The notes under the pieces: generated by a model
What the model was told of the DNA's origin: nothing
Seen by the model: the letters and a program-made list of their open reading frames with translations, nothing else
Database searches by the model: none
Assembly (NCBI GenBank): GCA_907165135.1
Contig: OU015566.1
Location: 9,424,001 to 9,488,000, forward strand
Direction: 5' to 3'
DNA: 64,000 nucleotides
Source: Oikopleura dioica
Lineage: Eukaryota > Animalia > Chordata
In this document: positions 1 through 13,077 of the stretch, piece by piece
Numbering within the stretch: the first letter of the stretch is position 1
Layout of the letters: every line of letters starts with the position of its first letter
Made by a program: the position numbers and the translations under genes

Positions 1-1629
1 GAAACGGACCATCAGCCAGAGCTGCATTGTCCCGCGTTCTGGCCGCCCAGTGACCTCAAAAGGTAAGTGAAAGGTTCTTCTAATTGGGCTAAAAGCAGGT
101 TTTAGACGTTGATGATTTCGAAGAGCAAGAGCGCAAAAAAGACGAAGAACTCGAAAAGGCCCGCCTGGAAAACATCAAGTGCAAGACAAAGCTCGAGAAG
201 AGCGAGCTCTTGCTCAAAGAAAAGGAACAAGTGATTGAGGGTTTGAATCTCATCGACTTCGAGCAGTTGAAGATTGAAAACCAAACTTATCACGAGAAAA
301 TTGACGAGCGAAACGAGGACCTTCAGAAGCTGCATAAGAAGATTGAGCGAACAGTGCAAATCCTTACTCATATGAAGGAGAAGCTAGAATTTGTATCGAT
401 TGAAAATCAAGCGAAAAAGGACCAATTAGACAAGGTACGGTGTTGATTTAATTATCCTTTCTGAATTGTTTAGCGACTCGAAGTTTTTCGACTTCGATTG
501 TTTTTATGCTAATAGCAAAAACCATTAAGGGCTATTTGATTTTCACGATTTGAACCTAATCAGTCACGTACTTCTCATAGAAGCCAGTTTTCTACACTAA
601 AAATGGGGGAATTTAAAATCTTTTTGCCTGGGACGGCCTCGGGGCACCTAACTACCGCGTGTACAAACACCATAACCAACCGTTTCACCGGCGCGCCGCG
701 ATTTTCTCTTTAAAAACACCAAATCTTGACGGTTTTCCGGATGTGTGTGACGTGAGATCTGCAGTCCCCTGTTTAGGAGTCTTCTCATCCGGTCGCACGC
801 CTTCCACATCTCCGGAGCCCCCTCCCGATGCTCTCGCGCTCGGTCGAGGTTGCTCGTCATAAGCAATTTCCCAAAGACATAAAGTCCCGAAATAAGGTTT
901 CTCTGACTTACGGCCCAACAAAATTGTAGTTACGCTTGCAATTGGTTGCACGAATGGTACTTTCTATCGACAGCTGCGTCGAACAACGCATCCCGCAACA
1001 TTTCCGTTGAGGTTTGAGTGAACGAAGTAGCTCCGAGTTTCTTCTAGGTTGAACAAGCAAAAGCACAAAACGCCGAGCCCTGGTCCCGAAGCAATAAAGT
1101 AACATAAGTTCCAACAAGTAGCTATAATCGTACGAAGTCCGTATCCAGTTAAAACGTTTCGTGACGCACATCCAACAATGGCACTACACGGGGTAGTTTG
1201 CCATATTTTTAGCACGTCATTTTTTCGAAATTTACGCCCCTTTCGGTCGCGGATTCTTTGACATTTAGTTATTCAATTTTAAGGCTGAGGCGGATCTCCA
1301 GTGCCAACGAGACGAGCTCAACCAACTCAAGCAACAACGAGAGCGCACTAGAAATAGCGCTGCCAAACTCCAGCGAAACATGGGTCTCTACGGCAAGGAG
1401 GTAAAGTTATCTCTTACGATGCGTTCCTCATAATTTCCAGGCCCTCCTGTTCGACTTTGAAGAACAAATTGACAAAACGGAGGAGATGAAGAAGGCGGTT
1501 GCTGCGTTGAAGGCTCGCCACGCAGAATTGAAGAAAGAAAACGCTGATTTGAATGGCAAGATCGGCACGAGATCATCTAATGCGACGCGCGTCAAGAGCG
1601 CAGCGACGGTCAATACAGTCAAGTTCTAA
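1..1629 (+). CDS. CCDC96: Coiled-coil domain-containing protein 96 (CFAP184/DUF4201), 5'-truncated, multi-exon
   Basis: Exon peptide EGLNLIDFEQLKIENQTYHEKIDERNEDLQKL..VQILTHMKEKLEFV matches the CCDC96 motif as recalled. Exons are joined by GT-AG introns, and the last exon ALLFDFEEQ... ends at TAA 1627-1629. Confidence 0.85.
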
Positions 1630-1880
1630 TTGCCATAACCTTCGTATCGCCTGCTTGCGTATATTTTCATACTGTAACTTTGCTGAGAAATTCTTCTATT
1701 TTTATAATATATAAATAATATTTTTATAAATGTCAAAGAAAAGAGTCTGAATAAGATTCTTTTCTTGTTGTTACGCAAGTTTTCTATGCTGGATGAATTT
1801 GTTTGGAAAGAGGATTTTTGAAGTCAGTATCTGATGATTAGAATTTTTGCTCGGACAGGAATAATTTACTTCTGAGTTTA

Positions 1881-2798
1881 TCATAGAGAGAAAAACAAGG
1901 TTGCTAACCATGTAGAAGCAGCAGCTCCTAAAGCAGCTGCTGATCCCCCTGGACCGTGAGAGTGGCCGTCATCATCTGAATGCTGGTCATCATCATGATC
2001 ATCCGCATGCTGATCTCCCTGGTGATCGTCCGACTGTTGATCATCTTGGTGATCATGCGCATGTTGATCATCCTGGGGATCGTCCGCATGTTGATCGTCG
2101 TCATGAGAGTGGTCAGGGTCGCTATGATCACCATGGTCATCTGTATGATCAGATGGTGGAATCGTCAGTTTTTTCCCGTAGCCGGCGTTCGGTGTTACAT
2201 CGGCCACAAATCCTCGGCCGGAATGGTAACTTGGCACTCCATTCGAGACTGTTCCGTGTGCCCATATAAGAGAACCTTTCGTCTAAAACGTTTGTTTAGC
2301 AATCTAAAGAGAAAATGAACGTACCGCTGGATCCATGCAAGAATCGCAAGCGTCAGCAGTATTCTTCTCGACCACCAAGTTAATTTTTCCTTGTGAATCT
2401 AGCTCTTCGCTTTTGATTTTCCAAACAGCATTGTCAAGGAGAATGGGCATTCCGTTATAACCGGCTCCTAAGACTGAGTTCCACAATGCTCAATGAAAAA
2501 TTTCTGACCTTGGTATTGTTCAAGTTCGACATCTTGAGCATCGGTCCATCTGAAAAGGACAATCTCTGCATTGGCCATTTTTGCTCCTGATGCGGGTCCG
2601 AATCCAAAGCTGACATATCCTGGATCTGACACATCAATTTGAACGGCCGCTTGGATGATCCCGTTTTCCGCTGCCTATGGATTTTTAATAAAAATAATTT
2701 TCAAATTTACTCAACTTGAGTTCAACCGAGTGGCTTATGTCTGACGCAAGATGGCCATCTGCCATTGCCAATGCTGGTAAAATGAACGAAGTCTTCAT
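1881..2798 (-). CDS. Secreted DOMON-domain protein with His/Asp-rich repeat tail and probable GPI-anchor signal (4 exons)
   Basis: Signal peptide MKTSFILPALAMA; DOMON motifs GYVSFGFGPASGAKMANAEIVLF and LIWAHG..PSYHSGRG; D/H repeats; hydrophobic C-terminus GGSAAALGAAASTWLATLFFSL. Confidence 0.75.
1966..2147 (-). repeat. Coding ~24-nt tandem repeat encoding (D/Q)DDQH(A/S)(D/H)D(H/P)-like units
   Basis: Translation HDDDQHADDPQDDQHAHDHQDDQQSDDHQGDQHADDHDDDQHSDD. Confidence 0.8.
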
Positions 2799-3237
2799 GT
2801 TTAGCTATTCTCTGAACAGTATATTTATCTTTTTAAAGTAAATCTGGGTCGCCACTAGCACTGTCTAGGCTTCAAATAGCCGCTGGCAAAATTTACCCTT
2901 TACGTTCTCGGTTGCTTCTGTCTCACCAACCATAAAAAGTTGATTGTTGAGAAGCTCTCGAATCTTCTTTAATGCGTGCTCACAATGAGATGATACGATT
3001 GTTGTCAGTAAAGCGTAACCAACATCTTTCCGCAGCTGATCATAAATTCACTCTGGTCAGCATAATTATCATAAAATAGATTACTACTTGATAGAAAATC
3101 ATTTTTGTTAATCTTATTCTCGAATAAAAGCTGCAATCTCAAGCTATGTCATGAGAACTTGCCAACTGTCTTCAAATTTGAGTCTTTTGATTCCACAAAA
3201 ACGCTTATCCTTCCAAAAAAAAACCGCAGAGGCAATC

Positions 3238-4630
3238 ATGAAGTTCGCCACCGCTGTACTCTCACTCGCCATGGCTGAGACCGATGTGCGCGTCATCGGC
3301 GGCTACACTCCCCCCGCTCATCGTGAAAATTACATTCTCTCCCTCCAGGTTTTATGAAAATATTCTTATGCTAATACTTACGAAAATCTGTCACAGCGAT
3401 CTCGACTGAGAAGCCACTTCTGCGGCGCTTCCCTTGTTTCAGCCAACAAGGCAATTTGCGCTGCCCATTGTAAGATGAGGTATACTTCCGCCTCGGGAAA
3501 GCGAGTTATAATTTTGAATGCTTTTAGCACTTTTAGTACCGTATTTTAGCACTGCCATTGTCGCTGTTGCTGGGGCCCACGATATCTCACAGTTACGAGT
3601 TTCATTGACTTAATGAACCTCTTTAGCAAAGTTCATAAACGTTAAGATCCTCCGTTGTAACTCATATAAGTCTGAAAGCTCCCAGCAAGTGCAGACTGTC
3701 TCTGACCAGAAGTCACACCCGGAAAGGGCTTATAATATCAATAATCTAACCCTGAGGCTTCCATCAGAATTATGCCGTCTTTTCCCCGACCGACGGAGAT
3801 TTATATGAGCCTAAATATAGCAATACAACTCCAGCACTTTTGCAAACGATATTTCCGTCTTGACAATGCTGAACAGCTTCACTTTGAACGATTACGTTCG
3901 ACCAATCGCCCTTCCAGCAGCGAGGTCTTCCGAGTGGATGACTTCTGGAACTTCCCTCCGCGTTTGTGGATGGGGAAATACTTCTACAACGGAGAATGTT
4001 TACCCAGGATAGAAGTCGAAAATACCAGAAGGCACTTTGTTTTAAGCTTTGGTCCAAAACTGCCATAATAAGCTTACGACTTTTATATACAATGTAAATG
4101 TAAAGGCCATTTCGATGTATTTAAGCTTTGAAAAAAGCAACCCTCAAATGTGTTGAGGTCCCTTACGTCACTAATGCCGATTGCAATGCTCCCGAGTCTT
4201 ACGAGTGAGTAAAACCCGCCTTATACAATCTAATATTTGGATGTTTTAATTTGTCTAATTGAAAAGCCTACTTAGAACGGTGATCTACTGGGTAGTAGAT
4301 CGAGAAAATTGCGTCGGTAAATGATTTACTGTATATTTATCTGACAAGGATTTATCGTCAGCGCGTTGGTTATTTCGTTTTATTTTATTTATTGCTTTTA
4401 GCGGCGGAATTCTGTCGGGCATGTTCTGCGCCGGATTAAGTCAAGGTGGCAAAGATGCTTGCCAGGGTGATTCCGGTGGACCAGTCACCAAGGACTTCGG
4501 AACCAGCGTCTCAGACTCCATCCTCGTCGGCGCTACTTCCTGGGGCTATGGTTGCGCTCAGCCAAACTACCCTGGCGTTTACTCTGATGTCGCCATGTTC
4601 CGAGAGGATTTCATTGACCAAAATATGTAA
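3238..4630 (+). CDS. Trypsin-like serine protease (S1A), 7 exons, two GA-AG introns
   Basis: Signal peptide, R|VIGG activation site, [36 protein letters not shown]. Frame continuity requires introns 3722-3820 and 4008-4137, both starting GA. Confidence 0.92.
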
Positions 4631-4822
4631 ACTTTACTGAGTTCATCATGTTAATAAATTCATGAAAGTCAGAATCGAGCCTCATGTTGCCAAATCAAAC
4701 GATTATTTTTCAAACCAATGCTTGATAATTTAGCAAAATGAAAAAAATGCTGCGTTGCTCGGCGCTGGATCAGCTGAAGTTTTATTGGATTTCTAATCCC
4801 CTTCGGTGCTCTCGGCTTCCCT

Positions 4823-4830
4823 ATATAAAC
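4823..4830 (+). promoter_or_regulatory. TATA box upstream of the small secreted-peptide gene
   Basis: TATATAAA about 40 nt upstream of ATG 4866. Confidence 0.5.
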
Positions 4831-4865
4831 TTGAGTCGGGGGGACAGGTGGCTGAGATTCAAAAA

Positions 4866-5139
4866 ATGAAAGTTTTCGTTTTATTTGGTAAGATTCTCTT
4901 TTAGCATAAAATTTTAAGCCTATTCTTGCTAAGGTTTAGTGACTGCGTTTTCACGAAACTTTGACGACTACTTGAAGCGAAGCGGGTATGTCAAGACATA
5001 CGGGTAGAATTTTGTTCTGGTCACTTTTAGGACTGTTTCGAAGAGATCACATTTTGATGACCTTCTCTCCTCGAGTATCTACAAGAAGTCCCTAGAAGAT
5101 CAATTGTCTTCAGTCTTTGATTCTCTGGACTCATTTTAA
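4866..5139 (+). CDS. ~60-aa secreted peptide-precursor-like protein (3 exons; not in ORF track)
   Basis: MKVFVLFGLVTAFSRNFDDYLKRSGTVSKRSHFDDLLSSSIYKKSLEDQLSSVFDSLDSF*. Two short GT-AG introns keep frame; TATA upstream, AATAAA at ~5166; dibasic KR/KR/KK sites. Confidence 0.7.
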
Positions 5140-5430
5140 AGACCATTTTCTTTAAGATCTTATTGAATAAACAAGTCAAAAAGATAAAAGCATTACTTCG
5201 GATATATTCCTACTTAATATTACCTTTGTTTTGAAAAGTTTAAACTTGACTTTAATTGGGTAATAGGTGAAACCGTTCCATTCAAGGAATAGTTGCCAAT
5301 CTTATGACGTGTTTTCGACCAGCTGCGATGATATGTTATACAACTCAAGTTCCGATAGGATTCCTTCTGCTCCAGCAAACTTTTATAGTTGCCATTTCAC
5401 TTCATTCTTTATTTTTCAAATATTGTGAAA

Positions 5431-6510
5431 ATGAAGCTTGGTACTTTTTTTCTGGGCGCGGCGTCAGCATTTGACTTTCTTGAAGGTACAACGCACAAGT
5501 GTGGAGGCCTAAATAGCGGCGACGGAGGGAGAATCGGAAATGTCGACAACGAATTAATGACAATCGAAAAGAGAATGCACATGGCATTGACCACAGAGAA
5601 AATTGTCGGAGGACGCCAGGTTGAAGATATGAAGAATTGGAACTGGATCGGCCAACTTGGGGGCTATTGTGGAGGGTCCTTGGTCGCTGATGATATGTTT
5701 TTGACCGCTGCACATTGCTGTGCCAGCACCAGAATCGGACAAACAATTTATTTTGGTGTTCTCAATCCTTGGAAGGATCAATCAAAGTCTCAAAAAAGAA
5801 AAGTCAAAGAGATGTTGAACCATCCGGATTTTGTGCGATCCACTCTCACCCACGGTAAAACGAATTTTTCGAGCTTATTTATAACATAAATAAGACATTT
5901 GCATGATCCAACTCGATTCTCCGATTGAACGAACTCGAACTGTCCGACCAATTTGCTTGAGCGAGTCTGCACCCGTAAAGAACATACCGTCATACGTTGC
6001 CGGCTGGGGCTTGACAGAAGAAGGAGGACAGCAATCGCGGGACCTGATGGAAGTTTCTGTCCCCATTGTCACGAATAAACAATGTCAGAGTGCATACAGT
6101 CATCGACCAGTTGATGACTCCATGGTTTGCGCCGGCAAAGTTGAGGGAGGAGAAGACGGTTGCCAGGTTGTGAGCAAGTCGAAGCTAATGATTACTCTTC
6201 TTCTAGGGCGATTCTGGAGGACCAATTGTCACTGTCGATGGAGAAGGAAATGTATCCCTCGCCGGAGTTGTCAGCTGGGGAGTTGGATGTGCTCGCCCGG
6301 GCAAATTTGGTGTCTACTCTCGAGTTGATACCCAGCTTGATTTCATCCACTGGTCCATTCAAACACTCAGGTTGAATTCTCTTAGGTCTGGTAGCTTCAT
6401 CAATTTTCAGAGGCGACTATGATGGAAGTCTCAACTCATTCGACTTGAGCAAAAATTCACTCTCCGGCTCACAGATGCCAAACCCTGGAGGGGAACCAGG
6501 TAAAATTTGA
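5431..6510 (+). CDS. Trypsin-like serine protease (S1A) with propeptide; exact 3' end uncertain
   Basis: K|IVGG, CGGSLV..LTAAHC, HDICMIQL across intron, DGCQ|[18 protein letters not shown]. Confidence 0.9.
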
Positions 6511-6976
6511 AACTTAGTAAAAGTTTGATATGGATGTGCTATCAGTCAACCTTGTATTCATATCGAATCGATATTACTAACTATAATTCGTAAATTACGA
6601 TTATCGTTATTCTGAAATCCGAACGTCTTTCGGTAAGTTTGCATTAAAAATTTTTCTAAACGACATTTTACTAACTCAAGTTGAGAGAACTTTTGAAACT
6701 TATGCTCAAATTTAATTATGTCCGTCGTCAAATTTTCCTTTTGATTTCAATCTCAAGATGTCTCACGTTGTTTTATGGCAAAGGGAAAATAACAAAAGCT
6801 CGTCCCCGAATGATTGGACCCGAGATGATTTTTATAGAGCTAAAGGGAAAGTGAGCAAACATAGCAGTGTCTGCAAGAGGGAAAATATTCAAAAAGAGGG
6901 AAAAGATCAGCAGTTTCCCTTGAATATAAGATCAAACCTAAATAGGTTTTTGAAAAAAAAACATTTTTTTATAAAA

Positions 6977-8830
6977 ATGGAGGTCGATATTCCGACACCG
7001 AGCAATAACTACACAATCAAGAAAATTGAGACAGAAGTGGGTACTGAAAATCTCACACAGCAACGAGTGAAGTTTTTCCTAAAAGCAAATCAAAGAGAAA
7101 TCCAAATTGACGATTTGAAACATATCATCGTTGAAGGATCGGTTAAAGTCAGCAATGCCACATCAGTTGAAATTAATCTCAACCGGGCCGATTCGCGGCG
7201 GAATGTCATAAAAATTAAGGTACCGTATTAATATGTAAAAGAAAACCTAATCCTTGTTAGTTCCGAGAAGCACCAATTGAAGCGTGTGTTGAATTATCTG
7301 TCACTGGTTTTGTGAAACAAAGAAATACATCAACAGGAAGAGAGGAAGTTCGTATGGAATCAAATTGCGACATTATGAAAAATGTCAAGAGCTTGTTTGG
7401 CAGTATCGACTCAACAAGGGACTCCGTCGACTTCAAACGTATACCTTACTAGTTTTTTGTTTGGAAATTAAATTCGTATTTAGCCAAAGATTTGTTTCTG
7501 AAACGATGGCCAACCCATCGGAAATTAAACGATCTGTACATGGGAAGGAAGATAAAGTCCCATCAAGTGGAGATAACAATGAAGGTGATGAGAAGTATTT
7601 CAACGGGGCAAGGGATGCGAAACCAGGAAGGTCAAAACCCAGTTGTCGTTGTGTAAGGCGTAATATTTAACAGGAAAACTGATTCATATTTTAGAGCTGA
7701 TAAAGAGTACAAATTCAGTCATGTCTTGGACTTCATCAAAAATAAGAACGACGGAACTGAAAAGCGAGACAAGTTCATTTGGGGAACCCCAAAGATTCGC
7801 GGACAAACTTTCTTGACGAACATCACCGTCGGTGAGCTAGTTACACGCACAGAAGGGCTTCCTATCGTGATGATGCCAGTAGAGCAACGGCAACAAGCGC
7901 TCTCTCCAATGACGGGAAATCCAACTGCAAGAATGGAGGGTCACAGTCAAAGCTCCCAACAACAAGGCCAACATCAAGCTCCAATCCAACAGCAAGGTCA
8001 AGTCCAGCAACAAAACCAACAACTCCCTCCGCCTCAGAGCAGTGTCACTTCAACGAACCCCGTTGATAACCTTCTGAACCCTGCAAACAACCTCCCATTC
8101 AACCCAACCGGTTATGGTCTTCTGTCTGATCATCTTATCCCGAGACAGGAAAAGTTTGAATAATAAGCGCCTTTTCCTCTCTCGAGCAAAAATATTCAAC
8201 TCAATAAAAAGCGCCAAGAAACGATAGAGTACTTCAGTAATCAACCACTTTTTAACCCTGATGAAGCAGGGCGTCAGCAGCTAAGTCAGGCGGGAAATCG
8301 TCTTCGACACATCGCAATTTTCCATCGGTAAGCTGCGCTTATCCGTCTAGTTGACAAGTAGCATGATTATTTTTTATTTTTACGTAGAAATTTCCGAGCC
8401 GCTCTCGTCCAGTGCGTCAATAATGCTCGGCCAGAAGATCGTCCCAGGTTTGGATAAACTCATTACATCGAAATAAGATCAATAAGATATAATGATCCTG
8501 AACGAATGACTCCTGCAACTCCCCAAGCAAGGGATCTTGGCCACACTGTCCGCCTCCTCGCCGACGACATCAGAACATTCGGCCTCGAACTCATCCGGCT
8601 CGGCGCTGAGTTCCACAGAGATCCGAACTTCATGGGCGACGACGAAGGTAGAGAAAAATTCCGGCGGCTCATCCAGGTAAATCGTTCTTCTTTACGTCTT
8701 ATTATCAAGAATCAAGAACAACATGGACGCCGCTCGATACCTTCATCCTCTTTTAACGAATTTGACGAACATAACCATTCCTCTGCCTCATGATCCACCG
8801 CGATATTTGAGTGTTTATCAACCAAGATAG
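6977..8830 (+). CDS. Uncharacterised multi-exon protein with Q-rich linker and C-terminal BAG6 (DUF3538)-like segment
   Basis: Spliced C-terminus EGREKFRRLIQNNMDAARYLHPLLTNLTNITIPLPHDPPRYLSV resembles BAG6 EGREEDQRLIN..PPRHLHV as recalled. No N-terminal ubiquitin-like domain recognised. Confidence 0.55.
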
Positions 8831-9037
8831 TGCCAATAAAATAATATATTTCATGAGTTGTTATTGATGTTATTGATGGTATAAAATAATGATGCTTGCT
8901 CCTGAATTCATGGAATAATGGAAAGACTTTGGATGAGTTTATTGCGATAATCGAAGGAGAATATTTTAATGGTTTTATGGTATGATTCGAAAAGACGTTT
9001 TCAAGAATTTATTCTAGACTGCTGAAGCTTTTCGGCC

Positions 9038-9104
9038 GAAAGACCATCATCAGTGCTTTTCTTCTGCAAGATTACCACAGAAAAAGCTCTGATGATGGTC
9101 TTTT
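9038..9104. other. Near-perfect ~67-nt hairpin (pre-miRNA-like or tiny foldback)
   Basis: GAAAGACCATCATCAGTGCTTTTCTTCTG pairs with CAGAAAAAGCTCTGATGATGGTCTTTT around an 11-nt loop. Confidence 0.45.
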
Positions 9105-9531
9105 CTAGAATTGATGGGACTTTGATTATGGGTGATTTTCATTTATTCCATTCTAGACAAGAATTTATAGTGATCAATTTATTGGGAGAAGGTCAATTTT
9201 TATTAAATATGGTGATTTCTTGAGAAATTACGAATTTAATTATAATTTTTGCCCAGGTGGATGATTCGCCATTCATTTCCCTAATATAAACGCTATTACG
9301 AGCAACCGTAATTTCGCTAGAACGGAAAACCGTCGAGCGCGTTTACTCTTCACTTGCCACGCACTTCAAGCCAGTCAGCGCGCTGCTCTCCGCCCACGCT
9401 CACTATTTTTCGAGCAAAAGTCGTTCGATTTGGAGAGAATTCTAAAACGAGAAGTTTTCCCTGCGTAAAAATTTACTTTATGATCCCATAGTTATTGTCC
9501 TCTAAAAATATGAAAAATTTTAGATTGAGAG

Positions 9532-10273
<742 letters not shown>

Positions 10274-10580
10274 GCGCCTCCCGTTCTTCGAAAGAAACAA
10301 CGAAGAATCTTTATTTATTGGCTTGCTCTTTAGGGCCACCAACGTCGTTTTTTCCACTTCGACCTTTAGGAAATTCAAATTTCTGCAACAACAACATCTT
10401 ACATGAGCGATTTCAATAAATAACTTATTTATTCAAAGCAGCCTTGTCCTTTTTGCATCAAGAAAGACAGTAAGACTCATTCTATTCTCATTCACAGTAT
10501 GTATTTCTGACAGAACAATATTATTACAAAAGTACGTCCGGCAACAGGGTTTTTAATTTACAAAAGTTTTATAAGTTTAA

Positions 10581-13077
10581 TTAGGTTTCTTTTTCTTGAT
10601 TAGTATCGTCGCCCACCGGGTAGTTCTTATGAACCTGATCAGGGCTGATTCCAAGCTAGAATCGGATTATTAACGGGAGAAGAATCTAACGGCTTACCTG
10701 TTTCTCAAGATCTGCCGTGAACCGGTAAACGAATCTTCTTCCAGTGACCTTTTCCAAAATTCCCTTGTCGTAGTAATAGCGCAGTCCCCGACTCAGCTTA
10801 TCGTAGCTCATCTGCGGACGATTTTTTCTAATTCCCCATCGCCGTGCCACCTCGTCAGGATCCGCTAAAACACAACACGGTCACTTCAAGTGCAGCAGAA
10901 ATGAGATTCGAATCGTATTTGTTCGAAAAAAGGATTATTCTCGTCTACTGCCCCTCGTCTTGTTGCAATCTTGCTTATCCCCGCCTTACCCATGACAAAC
11001 TCCCAGCCTTTTTTCGTCCAGCTAATGCAGCTTTGATCCGGATCAAGCAGGAGTAACTCCAAAAGGAACAGCCAAAGCTGGGTGGGACCGCTCGCAGCGC
11101 TCGAGAGACGACTTCGAAGCATCTCAGTCCGACGATCAGGCGGAAGGTCGGCAAGCGCGGTAACGGGTGAACCTGCGGAGAGGGATCGCCCGCGCTCTAG
11201 AAGAGGCTTCTTCGGTGGCGACGAGCTGAGCAAATCTTCTGAGTGAAAACGGGATCGAGGAATCTCCTCTTCCGGTTCAGTTTTGATCTAAAACAATCAA
11301 AGTTCAGTGGTACTGGATGGAAGAAGCCTCCTTACCGGTTGCTCTTCGCTCAGATAGGTAAAATTGGTCTTGAGGAAGTTCATATGTTCCCAAGGAATAT
11401 CACCGACAAGAGGCGGCCAGAGGTAGAGAAACTCGTCTCTGGTGAGGCCGAGCAGCTGACTGCCATCGATATTGTTTATATTGAACGAGTCTGAAACGCA
11501 TTAGGGATCTTGGGTGCATAACGCATTTTATACCTAATCGAAATTCATCCTTGATCCAGTTTGCCCATTGGATTACATCTTCACGTGTCTAAATCACATG
11601 CTCGTCAAGATCAACATACAGATTATTATCGACCAAGAATTAGGTCCAAAACTTACCCATAATGAAATTGGCTTTTTGTTCTTGAATTTTGCGAAAATGT
11701 GGCCAACTGACTGTGTGAACTTGGTAGAACTGCGAGGAGTTATGCAAGGTGTGAACACCGAGGGAGTCGGTGTGAAGACGGGAGTAGCAGGGGTCAGTTC
11801 GCAGCTGGGCATGCTTGGATACGGGCTGGGATAGTAGCATGAGTCCAACGAGCGGTCAAATGAAGGATTGCAAAGATCTGCGGCTAAAAATAGTGTAACC
11901 AAGGTGCTCTAAAAAGCTTTTGTCCGATTGTTGTTTAGCGCAAATAATGAGATCATGGATTCTTATAGGATTCTGCAGCTAATCCTTTTTGCGAGAAAAA
12001 ATCGAAGGTTACAAAAATGGAAAGAGTGACCCTCGGAAATTTACACTTGGGTGGCGATGCGCACTTTTCGTGTGCCACTGCGTAGGACAAGCGCTTATAC
12101 GATTACACCCGGTCGGTTAGGTCCGTAAGTAGCGATCACAGACCTTCCAATTTTGTAACTACAAACAGCGATATTATAAGACCACAGTGCAGTGGTTGGG
12201 GATGAGAAATATACACGTCCCTTTACAATGAAAGTTTAATAATTATAAAATGGAAGGATACGGAATTTAGTCTGAACCCCACAAGTTTATTGGGAGATTG
12301 ATATGACGCGCATTTCCTCACGTGATAAAGACAGAGCACTTAGGCTCAATTATCCGCTTTTGTAAAGTCCGAATCAAATAGAATTTATTTGGCGTTATAG
12401 CCTATCGTAAATGGGACACGGAATTAACTGGCCTATTCAGGCAACATCAATGGCCAGTCAATCAGGCAGCTTGCGATAGATTGAAAAGGCAAGTCGCATG
12501 ACAGGAATCAGAATTATCGGTGACTGGTACGTGATCTTTGGATTGGGAGCGAATAATTCAATAGCAGTGCTGAATGATTGAGGAACTTGCCTCTTTTTTA
12601 GAATTGGAAACGCTTCTGTTAATATTTAAAACTAACATCAGCCTCTTAGAAAATTCACGCCTTTTAGCTCCCCGGAGACTTTCCAGTAGAGGGTGAGGGA
12701 AAACGTGTGCTGAGCATGTTGTTTTTGGGACTGGAACCGAGTTGAGCAGGTTCATTTGTAAAATTAATTATTCACACCCTTGGAGAACAGACACCGGTTC
12801 TAGATGGGAACTTACGATTGTGCGTGTTTGCATGTTGAGGGTAACGAGCATTGAGGTTGAAAGTTGCTTCCTGAGGGAGGCTTGGGACTCGTTGATCGGT
12901 GGACTCTCCTGGTAGTGTGAGCGGAGGTGGCCGAAATCGTTGTAAGCGGCTTGGAGCTTTCGGAGGTTTAGACGAAATCGTGCTGCTGGGATATGGATCG
13001 CTGTCAGGCGGTAGTGTCTCTGGAAAGTGCATAAAACTGCCCAAGCTGTCCGAAAATGATGGTACTAGTCGCTCCAT
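10581..13077 (-). CDS. ETS-domain transcription factor, Ets1/2-like; 5' exons tentative
   Basis: [82 protein letters not shown]. Upstream P/S-rich exons at 11594-11885 and 12772-13077. Confidence 0.88.

Noticed and set aside
3522-3553. Duplicated TTTTAGCACT acceptor in a trypsin intron
   Set aside because: The upstream copy is out of frame with a stop; likely a small local duplication.
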